Positions 30,118 through 38,795 of a stretch of DNA of 47,196 bases are shown here, piece after piece. The stretch covers positions 1-47,196 of the IMG/VR virus record IMGVR_UViG_3300044477_000031. The stretch is one strand, 5' to 3'. The DNA is from a virus. Lineage: Duplodnaviria > Caudoviricetes. Position numbers and translations under genes: made by a program. The first letter of the stretch is position 1. Each line of letters starts with the position of its first letter. The notes under the pieces were generated by a model. The model was not told the DNA's origin. It searched no databases and worked only from the letters and a program-made list of their open reading frames with translations.

Positions 30118-31155
30118 TTAATCCTCTACCACGTGGCCTTGAATGACAATTGAAAAGTATGTAAGAGAGCTTAGATTATCTTGCACAATTACCTGAAGCT
30201 CTTCGCCTTTCATACCGTCAAGTCGTACTACTACGCCGTTTTTGTCAAACCCATTAAATGACCTACGAAAACGCAATCCATATTGCCCAGACGGGCCTAG
30301 TGTTGCATCAGTATACTGAACATCATAAGCCCTGATTGCAAACTCGCCATTAGTCCGTGCATTGAATAGATTGTTATATCGTTCTGCTGTTTTCTTAATT
30401 CTGAACATAACACCGTTCGCAAGACCATTGACGATAGCGCCAAACTTTCCATCATCCATTGCCGCATCGTCACGAATAACGCCAAGCATTCTTGTTATAT
30501 CCCATTTCAATGATAAAGGAGGGTATGCCTTGAATAATACCGGCGTAACCGATCCATCTACATTCAATGCGCTTGACGTTCTTTTAGCTTGAGTTCCTAA
30601 CGGATATGTTTTGTTGAACGGCTGATTAACAGTTATGATATTTCCATTTACTGTAACACGTCCTTGATACCATATACCATTCTTAATACAAAGAACATCG
30701 CCGGTCTGCATCCCATGTCCTGCAACAAGTTCGACTGTTCTGGTGTTTACGACTGCATCACTAGCAAGTATTATGTCGCCTAATTCACGGCAAAGATAAA
30801 CGTCGATTATATCTGAATGCTGATCCTGAATAGCAACTTCATGTTTCTTTATTACTGCTATTCCATCATTGGAAACATTAACCGTGGCTTCTGATCCGTC
30901 GCTACATTTCGCCCACACGATTGTATCTTCAGTTTCTGGCGTTATCTGCATAACGTCATCATTACCTTTCGGCCTAAATATCTGCTTTGCTCGAATGAAG
31001 TCATCGGCTGAAGGTTTAGTTTTTGAACAATATATACGAACCTCTGAAGACTTTTTCGCGCCAATATTCCTTTCGTCTATCCATGCGCTTATAGTCTTTC
31101 CCGCGCCTGATATCGGTTCCCAATCTGTCGAATCAATAAGATATGCCGTTACCAT
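30118..31155 (-). CDS. virion-associated protein
   Basis: Long ORF in the head-neck module. Confidence 0.6.
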   Translation of the reverse strand: MVTAYLIDSTDWEPISGAGKTISAWIDERNIGAKKSSEVRIYCSKTKPSADDFIRAKQIFRPKGNDDVMQITPETEDTIVWAKCSDGSEATVNVSNDGIAVIKKHEVAIQDQHSDIIDVYLCRELGDIILASDAVVNTRTVELVAGHGMQTGDVLCIKNGIWYQGRVTVNGNIITVNQPFNKTYPLGTQAKRTSSALNVDGSVTPVLFKAYPPLSLKWDITRMLGVIRDDAAMDDGKFGAIVNGLANGVMFRIKKTAERYNNLFNARTNGEFAIRAYDVQYTDATLGPSGQYGLRFRRSFNGFDKNGVVVRLDGMKGEELQVIVQDNLSSLTYFSIVIQGHVVED

Positions 31156-31631
31156 GTGAAATGCCTCGGTTCACGAACGCCACCGATAGGAGGATGACAA
31201 GTACGAACGAATACGCCGGTATTCACGCCAGCTGTTTCGTCAACGTCTTCTTCCAGTGAATCGATTATTGATTTATAGAATGAGTAAGTAGCGGAAAGAG
31301 TTTGATATTTAACAGATTCAGTACCGCTATCGATGCTTTCAACGCGCATCTCTTTTCCAAGCGCAATTAGAACATCTTTGCATACCTTAACCGTTGCTTT
31401 CTCTACACCGTATAGGTCAACGTATGTCTTTATCTGTTCATCGGATATTTCGATCTTAAGCGTTTTCCATGTACCGTTTTTGTATTCCTGATAAACGCCT
31501 GAATCTGTTATTGAATATGCGGTCTGGTTTGCAGGGCTGACTGGAAGCGTTGCAACTTCGACAAAATTGATAAAGCCGAGCGGGTCATGTAATTTAAGCC
31601 TGATTGTTTTAACGTCGCTGAATGTTGCCAT
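31149..31631 (-). CDS. head-tail adaptor
   Basis: First gene after the capsid gene; ISDEQI motif. Confidence 0.6.
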   Translation of the reverse strand: MATFSDVKTIRLKLHDPLGFINFVEVATLPVSPANQTAYSITDSGVYQEYKNGTWKTLKIEISDEQIKTYVDLYGVEKATVKVCKDVLIALGKEMRVESIDSGTESVKYQTLSATYSFYKSIIDSLEEDVDETAGVNTGVFVRTCHPPIGGVREPRHFTW

Positions 31632-31649
31632 GACTTGCTCCTTGGTTTA

Positions 31650-31721
31650 CGCCGCCTAATGGAATCGAACCATTGACAAATACATTTTGTGTATGTGCTT
31701 TCCCGTCTAAGCTAAAGCGGC
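31650..31721 (-). ncRNA. tRNA-like element with degenerate anticodon loop
   Basis: Acceptor GCCGCTT/AGGCGGC, D-arm GCTT/AAGC with GG, T-arm AATGG-TTCGATT-CCATT; anticodon loop ACAAAAT lacks U33. Confidence 0.7.
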
Positions 31722-31752
31722 AAGAAAACCCGGATAGCTTTCACCATCCGGG
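31722..31752 (-). terminator. intrinsic terminator after the major capsid gene
   Basis: CCCGGATGG-TGAAAG-CTATCCGGG followed by TTTTCTT. Confidence 0.75.
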
Positions 31753-31760
31753 CAATTACG

Positions 31761-32954
31761 TTACGCGAGTTTGACCTCGACAATGTATCCGTATCCAGCG
31801 CCACAAGTAGCACCGACTGCGGACGAACCAAGGAACTGCTTGTAGAACCCACCGAATACTGCGTACCATGCACGCTCTTCGGTCGAGAGTTCAAGTACAG
31901 AACCCATACCGGCTTCCATTGTGAGCGGGCGCTTGTTACCGATCATCATCACGCCGGGAACGAACAGGTAACAAGTACCAGCGGTTACTCCGGGGAACGA
32001 TGCTGTTTCTTTACCGATGGTAAATCCATCGCAAAGCCCCTGATCGTATTCGATGATCTGGCCGATGGGAAGCGCTGGGCTGATACGCCCGGTAGCTCCA
32101 CCGCCGTTCATGTCAAGCTGGCCCTTGATGACGTTCGTTACCTGCCAAGTATCCGCGCTGTTGCAAAGGACGGAAAGCGAAGGCACGGGGATCTTGCGCT
32201 TTGTGTAGATGTCCTTCAGCTGGCGAATCTTTTTGACCGCATTGAGCATGGTCTGGTAGGTATGCTGATCTGGCGTAAGGTCGGAAGTGGTATCGAACGC
32301 TTCTTTCTGCGAAGCCGCGTAGGTAGTTCCAACGATAACACCGCAAGTAGCCGCGTTCTTCTGATCGACATACGCATCGGCTGCGGCCTTGACCACCTTA
32401 TCCATGCTGAACCATTTGTTGTAAAGGAGGTTCGCAAGCGAATCCTTCCAACCAACGGCCTTGATGTCGAGCGAGAACGTATCGAGGTTTCCGGTATTCT
32501 GCTGGATGAGCGGCACGGCATCATTCTCGCCGGATACCGTTTTCATCTGGCCGCGAAAAGGTTCGTAGTCGCGTACGCTCGGGGTCTTCGGCATCTCGAA
32601 GTCGGTAACTTCATTCGCGATAAGCGAAGTAAGGTCACCGGCTTCCTGCGTCTGACGCTGAAGGTCGATGAAATACTTCCCGAAAAAGTCGGTAAGCGCG
32701 GTAGTGTCCGGCGCGTCGGCGGAGTTCTTTGCTTTCAACGCTTCCTGCGCATTCTTCGCACGATAGGCAAGATCATTGATATTGCCGTTTGCGACTTCTG
32801 GCTTAACGCTGAGCATGACCGCCATATCGCGGCCACCGTTCAGGTTCGCTTCCATACCACCACGGAAAACGGGAACCAAAACGCCATTCTTGTTCTTTTC
32901 GTATCCGGCAACGGCATCATCGCGGAGCGTTGCGCTATTGATTACTTTAAGCAT
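31761..32954 (-). CDS. major capsid protein
   Basis: 397 aa, strong codon bias, follows protease and decoration genes, followed by a terminator. Confidence 0.8.
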   Translation of the reverse strand: MLKVINSATLRDDAVAGYEKNKNGVLVPVFRGGMEANLNGGRDMAVMLSVKPEVANGNINDLAYRAKNAQEALKAKNSADAPDTTALTDFFGKYFIDLQRQTQEAGDLTSLIANEVTDFEMPKTPSVRDYEPFRGQMKTVSGENDAVPLIQQNTGNLDTFSLDIKAVGWKDSLANLLYNKWFSMDKVVKAAADAYVDQKNAATCGVIVGTTYAASQKEAFDTTSDLTPDQHTYQTMLNAVKKIRQLKDIYTKRKIPVPSLSVLCNSADTWQVTNVIKGQLDMNGGGATGRISPALPIGQIIEYDQGLCDGFTIGKETASFPGVTAGTCYLFVPGVMMIGNKRPLTMEAGMGSVLELSTEERAWYAVFGGFYKQFLGSSAVGATCGAGYGYIVEVKLA

Positions 32955-32969
32955 TTTCTCTTGTCTCCT

Positions 32970-33773
32970 TTACGCGAGATAACCGACGAGGGTTACTTTG
33001 ATATTGTCACCGGCATCGAAGTTGCTATCAGCAACGATGTCCAGTCCCTTTGCGGCGGTAAATCCAGTTCCCTCGATAACCGCGTCACCGATGGTGAGTC
33101 CGGTAGATCCAAGCACCAGCTTAGCATTGCCGGTCAACTGTGCCTTCGCATAGGTAAGACCGACAACGGGCGTTCCGTTGGTATCCTGTACGGTTACGAC
33201 GGTTCCGGTCGAGTCAGTCCATCCAGTCGCGCCGTCAACCTTGAGGAAAGCGGCGATGAGATGGAAGGTCTTGCTTCCCACCTGTGCATCGGTAATAACG
33301 TGTACCGGAGTGGCAGCGGCTGCGGCGGTCAGCGTTGCAGTCTTCGCAATCAGGATACCAGCAGGATCGGTGATACCATCGACTACAAGCGCAAGCGCGG
33401 TAACGTCAGTATCGACCAATACAGGCTGAATCACTTCAACGCGGAGTACGCCAGAGGCAATCGCGCCAAGCGTGTAACCGATAAGGTAATACCCGGTAGT
33501 CGCGGTATTCGAGAACTTCCCGTCAACCGGGTTCCAATAGACCGCAAGACCAGCGGACGCGAACGTCGCTTCACCGGTTACGAAATCGGCACACTGGACG
33601 ATATGTCCAACGAGTTTCTCGAAAGCGCCGGTAGCCAGCGAAGCAATTGCCTCGCAAGCGCGAAGGGCTTTACCGCCCATAACGGTAAACTGATCCTGAA
33701 TGAGGTCAGCCCCCGTGGTATTCACATAACGACCGCCGTCAGCGGGTTCGCTTTCTGCGTATACAGTAGACAT
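32970..33773 (-). CDS. capsid decoration/cement protein (DUF2190-like N-terminus)
   Basis: ATFASAGLAVYWNP...TATTGYYLIG; position before the capsid gene. Confidence 0.7.
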   Translation of the reverse strand: MSTVYAESEPADGGRYVNTTGADLIQDQFTVMGGKALRACEAIASLATGAFEKLVGHIVQCADFVTGEATFASAGLAVYWNPVDGKFSNTATTGYYLIGYTLGAIASGVLRVEVIQPVLVDTDVTALALVVDGITDPAGILIAKTATLTAAAAATPVHVITDAQVGSKTFHLIAAFLKVDGATGWTDSTGTVVTVQDTNGTPVVGLTYAKAQLTGNAKLVLGSTGLTIGDAVIEGTGFTAAKGLDIVADSNFDAGDNIKVTLVGYLA

Positions 33774-35065
33774 TACTTACCTCCGATATTGATTACCTGA
33801 ATACCGTTGATGGTTTTCGGTTCGTTCGTTGCTTCGCCGTTAAGCGTCTCGATTTTCTGCATGAAAGGATCTGCCTGATTGCCGCGAATTGCTTTCATCA
33901 CCGGGTCAGCGGCAAGTGCGTTCATCGCGTCGTCAAGTTCCTTACCATTCAAGCCCTTGCACTTGCCATACGCATACGCATAGGCGGTGTTTTCGGTCTT
34001 CTTGCCGTCAACGTCTTTCGAGTCAACGCCATACACGGCAACGATCTTGTTCTTGACGATCGCGTCAGCGTTCGCGGTATTCTCGGCGATGATTGCCAAA
34101 ACCTTATCAATCGGTTTCTCGCCAAGATTGAGAGCGTTGAGAGCCTTGACGGTTTCAGCGTTCTTTTCATCTTCCGAATTGCGGAGCTTGTCACCAAGCC
34201 CGATCTTTTTGGCGATATCGTTAACGTTCGCGCTGTTGTTCGCGATTGCGTTACCGATAAAGCCCGTAGCGTCATTCATGGTAATTTCCACGGGTTTTCC
34301 TCCGTTAGTTGATTTGTCGATGAGCGAAATGAGTTCTGATATTTCGGCTTTGTTTTCAACGTCAGCACGGGAGACATACTGTCTCAGCGCGGGGCGCGAT
34401 ACTTTACCATTCAGAATCATTTTGCCGTCGCTATTTTCTTGCGTGATCTGCCCGTTATTCACGAGGTCGCGCATAAGTCCGATATCAATATCCTGCTTGC
34501 CGTTCACCGTCTGACTCATAGCACCTTCTTCTACGGCGTCGTTACGATCTCCACCGCGAGTACCGATGATATGGTATTCATTCATTGACTGGAGTTTCTG
34601 CTGATCATATTGAGGTTTTGAGACAAGCGAGAAACGCAAAAGACCTAGCTTCGCATCGCGAATCAACCCGGCATTGTCGGTAATGAAGCCTTTCGGCGGT
34701 ATGTAAATCTTGAAGTAAGCGGTTCCTGATCCGTCGCCATTCTTTACCATCTTCATACCGGTAACGAATATATCGTTAGCCGGTTTTGAGCTGTCCGAAT
34801 GGCCGTCTTTCGATCCGGGTATCGTGCGTGTTTTCAGGGCTTCGGCGAGTGAATCAAAGTATCCCTCTTCATAAACACCGTTAACGCCCCATATATGAGT
34901 GTTACCGATTACCGGGTACTTGATTGCTTCGACTGAAAAGTATGGAGTAAGGTCATCTTTTAGCAGTTCATTCATCGCGGCGGCTGGTATCGTGTTATCG
35001 ATGTCCCTCGCGGTTATTTCAGTTTGAAGAGTTTGCGCATAATTGAGACAAACAAAATCTTTCAT
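33773..35065 (-). CDS. prohead protease / scaffold fusion
   Basis: N-terminal GH...FSL protease-like region, helical C-terminus, gene order. Confidence 0.7.
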   Translation of the reverse strand: MKDFVCLNYAQTLQTEITARDIDNTIPAAAMNELLKDDLTPYFSVEAIKYPVIGNTHIWGVNGVYEEGYFDSLAEALKTRTIPGSKDGHSDSSKPANDIFVTGMKMVKNGDGSGTAYFKIYIPPKGFITDNAGLIRDAKLGLLRFSLVSKPQYDQQKLQSMNEYHIIGTRGGDRNDAVEEGAMSQTVNGKQDIDIGLMRDLVNNGQITQENSDGKMILNGKVSRPALRQYVSRADVENKAEISELISLIDKSTNGGKPVEITMNDATGFIGNAIANNSANVNDIAKKIGLGDKLRNSEDEKNAETVKALNALNLGEKPIDKVLAIIAENTANADAIVKNKIVAVYGVDSKDVDGKKTENTAYAYAYGKCKGLNGKELDDAMNALAADPVMKAIRGNQADPFMQKIETLNGEATNEPKTINGIQVINIGGK

Positions 35066-35136
35066 GCGTTAAAAATCGCATGGAAATACTAATCGCGCAA
35101 GATTATGATTTAGTAATTATTATTTAGTAATTATTT

Positions 35137-35346
35137 TTATATAATACACTTCAATGATCGTGCAATCCCTTTACGCCGTGTAACTACGCCTTTTTTTATA
35201 AGCGCATCTATTATCTGGCGTGCGTTATATTCTGATGTCCCTATTGCATCCGATACATCTTTTATCGTTGGCCTGTAACCTTCACGATCATAAAATAAAG
35301 TTATAATGTCCTTCACTTGGCTTTGTCTCGGCGTTAATCCGTTCAT
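35137..35346 (-). CDS. stand-alone LexA-type DNA-binding domain protein
   Basis: LTPRQSQV...GYRPTIKDVSDAIG...LIKKGVVTRRKGIARSL; no peptidase domain. Confidence 0.85.
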   Translation of the reverse strand: MNGLTPRQSQVKDIITLFYDREGYRPTIKDVSDAIGTSEYNARQIIDALIKKGVVTRRKGIARSLKCII

Positions 35347-35489
35347 TGATTACCTCGCATCTGTATTATGCCATATATATTATGATAACGCAATATGTTT
35401 ACACTTTTCTGTTTTGTGTCACAATCATTATGAAATAAACACTGTTTTATTGTAATATTGCGGTTTGCATGAATACGTTATATTGTTTC

Positions 35490-35613
35490 ATTACGGACTG
35501 GAAAACCGTGATAATATGAGCTAATATAAAGAATCCCTTTGGGGTTCTGTTTTGTACGCTTATAGCTCAGCGTCCCGGCTTTCCACCGGAAACAGATCAC
35601 CAAAGGTTTTTTT
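35490..35613 (+). ncRNA. second C4-like antisense RNA with upstream targets
   Basis: Targets TGGAAA (hairpin 35490-35512) and TGAGCTA (35517-35523) are complementary to loops TTTCCA and TAGCTCA of the junction RNA 35536-35606, which ends in T7. Confidence 0.78.
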
Positions 35614-35677
35614 GTTTCTGGAACGTTTCGAACTGCGGGTAAAACCACATCATAGAAAGTTGTCAGTCATGGCTTAG

Positions 35678-35906
35678 ATGGACACCGGTTACAGGCCACG
35701 GCGTGGAGTTGTCGATAGATGCGCGTCGTTATTTCCGGCGGTTGATACAAACTGAAAGGCACTAAGTAAAGGCGTATTAGTCATTTACCTCGTTGGCGAT
35801 GCCGTGGCTCCGTAGGGCATGAGTTTATCGCTAGAGACAGCAACCTAACTTGACTTTACCAGTCTTGCTTAGGGGAATTGTCTCGTTAGCTCAACCGGTT
35901 CACCAT
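35678..35906 (+). ncRNA. unknown highly structured non-coding RNA
   Basis: Several nested long-range helices and no ORF with an RBS. Confidence 0.65.
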
Positions 35907-35937
35907 AGGGCATAAAGGTAGATAGATAAGATAAGGT

Positions 35938-36270
35938 TTAAGATTGACGTTTTGCCCTTGACCACTGGACGAACTTGATAGCAAGCGCGGCAAGCTGAAT
36001 TGCTTCGGTTTCCTGTTTGACGGGATCAGTTTCGGCAAAGATTTCGTTGAGTTCCTCGGCTAAAAGAGACATTGGCTCTGCCTTTCCACAGGCTTCAGCA
36101 ATATCATTATCCGCCTTATGTATATCTGCTTCATTTACATGCCATTCGACTTCTTCATCGTCCGGCATGATTATTTCCAGCTTATCCCACGGATGCTGTT
36201 CATCTTGGCGATAGCGTTCGGCTTCTATCTCTGCAAAGATTGTCTGTAGGTCAAAAGAGTTCAGGTGCAT
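35938..36270 (-). CDS. MazG-like NTP pyrophosphohydrolase-fold protein
   Basis: LAEELNEIF...ETEAIQLAALAI pattern; GGAG RBS before the MHLN start. Confidence 0.5.
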   Translation of the reverse strand: MHLNSFDLQTIFAEIEAERYRQDEQHPWDKLEIIMPDDEEVEWHVNEADIHKADNDIAEACGKAEPMSLLAEELNEIFAETDPVKQETEAIQLAALAIKFVQWSRAKRQS

Positions 36271-36457
36271 TCGTTTCTCCTTGTTTCGCTTTAGGCTTGC
36301 CACTACCAAACATTGCACACCGCATACCGCGCCTTGTTTCGCAGTCGTATTGATGGCACCAATGTTTACCGTCTACCTGTTCGTATTGATAGCATTTACC
36401 GCATTCCTTATCAGCAGTACAGGCCTGAAACTCAAAGGCTAAGTGTTCGATTTTCAT
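36251..36457 (-). CDS. hypothetical Cys-rich protein
   Basis: ORF coupled by overlap. Confidence 0.55.
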   Translation of the reverse strand: MKIEHLAFEFQACTADKECGKCYQYEQVDGKHWCHQYDCETRRGMRCAMFGSGKPKAKQGETNAPELF

Positions 36458-36681
36458 TGTAGTGCCTTTTCTATGTCGTTTGCGTCGATGCTTTTCCCGA
36501 AAGGTATTGAAAAGTATTCTGAGCTTCCGATAGTTGACTCAATACGTATCTGGATATCTTCACCGCATTCGGAATATCCTTCCCACTCATCGGACGCAGT
36601 TATTTCAATACCGTATTTTTCAATCAGTGTTTTAAGCTCATTCAGGAACGGCTTAACATTTTCTGGTATAGGCTCTTTCAT
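36454..36681 (-). CDS. hypothetical protein
   Basis: AAGGAG RBS. Confidence 0.65.
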   Translation of the reverse strand: MKEPIPENVKPFLNELKTLIEKYGIEITASDEWEGYSECGEDIQIRIESTIGSSEYFSIPFGKSIDANDIEKALQ

Positions 36682-36740
36682 CGTTTCGTTCTCCTTGTCT
36701 AGCAGTATACACCATGTTTAGATGATTATGCTATAAGATC

Positions 36741-36764
36741 GTCAGGTTGAAGCGCTTGTTAGCA
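36741..36764 (-). other. attC-like left half-site (truncated)
   Basis: TGCTAAC AAGCGCTTCAACCTGAC; contains the stop codon of the cassette 3 gene. Confidence 0.65.
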
Positions 36765-37397
36765 ACCCCTTTTAGCGTCAACCTCTTTGCACTTTTCATG
36801 CAAAACACCTTTGTCTTTCCAATCCTTTAGAGTTTCGTACACGCTCATAAACGCAAAATGATCTTGCATTGCCGCGATGCCTATTTCGCCATTTACCGGT
36901 GCAGCGCCTTTATACCCTGCAAGATACATAATTTGATCGACAACCCGATGAGGCACGATGTTAGTGCAAAATATTAAATCCCACTTTTCAGCAACATCAT
37001 AAAATGAGTTAATCTGTATTTCTGAAATATCCGCGAGTGTTTCAACAACTTCAGGCGTCAGTGCGTTTTCCTTCCAGTCTGAGTTCCCGATAGCGGAGTG
37101 TATGTCTTCATCCATAAAGCAATCTTCTATGTAAACCGAATCAAGGCCATGCTTGAACGCAAACACGAATCCGTCGGGGAGTTTTGTTTCATCGAGCTTG
37201 TACGCTTCTTTTGCAGAAGCCCAATAAAAATACGTCTTCTTTCCTTCGCTTGTGTACTTTATTCCTCGGCCATCCCGTGTTCCGGGAACTTCCCATAAAT
37301 TAACTGATGTGAACGATTTCATGTCCCAACGTCCACCTCCAGTGGTCTCTGCCATTAAATCACCAGTCTTCAGCAAAACGCCTGTTTTATCTTTCAT
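36759..37397 (-). CDS. hypothetical protein (cassette 3)
   Basis: GAGG RBS; stop TAA lies inside GCTAAC. Confidence 0.75.
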   Translation of the reverse strand: MKDKTGVLLKTGDLMAETTGGGRWDMKSFTSVNLWEVPGTRDGRGIKYTSEGKKTYFYWASAKEAYKLDETKLPDGFVFAFKHGLDSVYIEDCFMDEDIHSAIGNSDWKENALTPEVVETLADISEIQINSFYDVAEKWDLIFCTNIVPHRVVDQIMYLAGYKGAAPVNGEIGIAAMQDHFAFMSVYETLKDWKDKGVLHEKCKEVDAKRGC

Positions 37398-37466
37398 GAC
37401 TTCCTCAATCAGGGCTTGGTCGGTAATCGGTATAAGCGGCCCTTGCGCTTATACCGTGGACGATCT

Positions 37467-37600
37467 GGCTAACATTAAGTTAACTGGCAAGGCCCGCTAC
37501 GGGCATCACACAATCCGTCAGAATAATAATGAAAACACCGAGAATAACCTTTCGGCATTGTGCATTTCGGGGACTTGTCCAGTTGAACTTGTTGTTCGAC
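37467..37600 (-). other. attC-like site, 134 bp
   Basis: GTCGAAC AAC AAGTTCAACTGGACAAG ... CTTGCCAGTTAACTT AAT GTTAGCC, with unpaired extra bases on one arm. Confidence 0.8.
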
Positions 37601-37750
37601 GCCGCCAGAAAACAAAGCCTCTATTGATTTGATAATTTCGTTATATTCTCCGTCTGGAACCATGCGCGATATACTGACAGTTCCCATCAATCTTCCGTTT
37701 TCGTATTCAAGCGCGAGTCCTCCGATAACCCTTGAAGTCTTTATCTTCAC
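37475..37750 (-). CDS. hypothetical protein (cassette 2), reading through its attC
   Basis: AAAGGA RBS, GTG start. Confidence 0.55.
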   Translation of the reverse strand: MKIKTSRVIGGLALEYENGRLMGTVSISRMVPDGEYNEIIKSIEALFSGGVEQQVQLDKSPKCTMPKGYSRCFHYYSDGLCDARSGPCQLT

Positions 37751-37821
37751 GGTTTCGTCCTTTCTGGCGGCTTGGTTCGTGTCGGTATAAACGCGCCAGT
37801 GTTTATACCGCTAAAGAATCC

Positions 37822-37881
37822 GTCGAACATTTGGATAACTTGCAACGGTACTCCGTTGTCAAGTTGATCCAGTTGTTAGCT
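37822..37881 (-). other. attC-like site, 60 bp
   Basis: AGCTAAC AAC TGGATCAACTTGACAACGG AGTA CCGTTGCAAGTTATCCA AAT GTTCGAC. Confidence 0.85.
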
Positions 37882-38709
37882 ACTCTTATATTCTTTCGCG
37901 CGTATAGCTGGCCTCGCCCACGTCCTTTGAAACTTCATCCATTCTGAATCGCGTTCTCCTTTTGCGTCTCGATAAAGCATTGCCATAGGCATGAACCCGG
38001 CTTCCATACATTCAAATAGCCGTGATTCAGCCGCGTCGAACGTATCTTTCGGATAACCGACAAGCACATAAGCGCGGAGAGCATGGCTTGCGCGAGTGAA
38101 GCCGCCTTCAAGTAAAATCTTTCCGGCATAGTGAAGAGGGTCTTGATCTTCCGGGCCATCATACGCAAAAAAAAGCTGTTTCGGTTTTAATGCCTTTAAT
38201 TCAGCAACGTGCCACGGTTTTAAGATTGCCGCCTCTAATCCGCCTGTGAACTCGGGCGAGTGTTTTTGTCGTTTAAGCATCGCAAATACTTCGCGCACAT
38301 GGGAATCGGAACAGGCAAGCAAATTATCGTCCAAAATATTCCATCCGTCCTTTACAGGGAGTTCGCGAATAGACGAGCCTTCGCGCTTCCAAACCGAGCA
38401 AAACCAGCACTTATTCGGGCAACCGCGAGAGGTAATTGCATACCCTTCACGGACGTACATTCCCGGTGTAAAATCCTCGCCACGTTGTCCGGTTGCGGGG
38501 CCTCCGATCGTAACCGGTGCAATATGCTTCCACTCACGGGCGAGACGTTCCGCTTCAGGCAAGTCCCATGTCCACGTCACGGAAACATGAACGGCGTCAA
38601 CCTCGGGCGGGAAAAGTCCCGGCTCGCCGGTGAAAGCCAATTCATCGGTAGGTGTTGCGGATGTTCTTCTCGGGAAAACTCGCGCGATCCTCATTTCTTC
38701 CTTTGGCAT
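37876..38709 (-). CDS. radical SAM protein (cassette 1)
   Basis: TSRGCPNKCWFC CxxxCxxC motif, ILDDNLL, YVLVGYP; stop inside AGCTAAC. Confidence 0.9.
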   Translation of the reverse strand: MPKEEMRIARVFPRRTSATPTDELAFTGEPGLFPPEVDAVHVSVTWTWDLPEAERLAREWKHIAPVTIGGPATGQRGEDFTPGMYVREGYAITSRGCPNKCWFCSVWKREGSSIRELPVKDGWNILDDNLLACSDSHVREVFAMLKRQKHSPEFTGGLEAAILKPWHVAELKALKPKQLFFAYDGPEDQDPLHYAGKILLEGGFTRASHALRAYVLVGYPKDTFDAAESRLFECMEAGFMPMAMLYRDAKGERDSEWMKFQRTWARPAIRAKEYKSS

Positions 38710-38752
38710 TTCGTCAGGTATAATCCCGCAGGGATTATCCTGCGGAATGTCC

Positions 38753-38775
38753 AGCTAACATAAATTAGGCTGAAC
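38753..38775 (-). other. core site / attC right half at the array start
   Basis: GTTCAGCCTAATTTAT GTTAGCT. Confidence 0.6.
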
Positions 38776-38795
38776 AGTCTAATATCCTATTAGAG

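Larger units (their letters stand above)
36741..38775 (-). mobile_element. array of three integron-like gene cassettes without an integrase (CALIN-like)
   Basis: Two complete attC-like palindromes and two flanking half-sites; each cassette's inverse core is complementary to its own 5' core site. Confidence 0.75.

Noticed and set aside
32262-33800. 512-aa plus-strand ORF
   Set aside because: Antisense shadow of the codon-biased capsid and decoration genes; no RBS or recognisable motifs.
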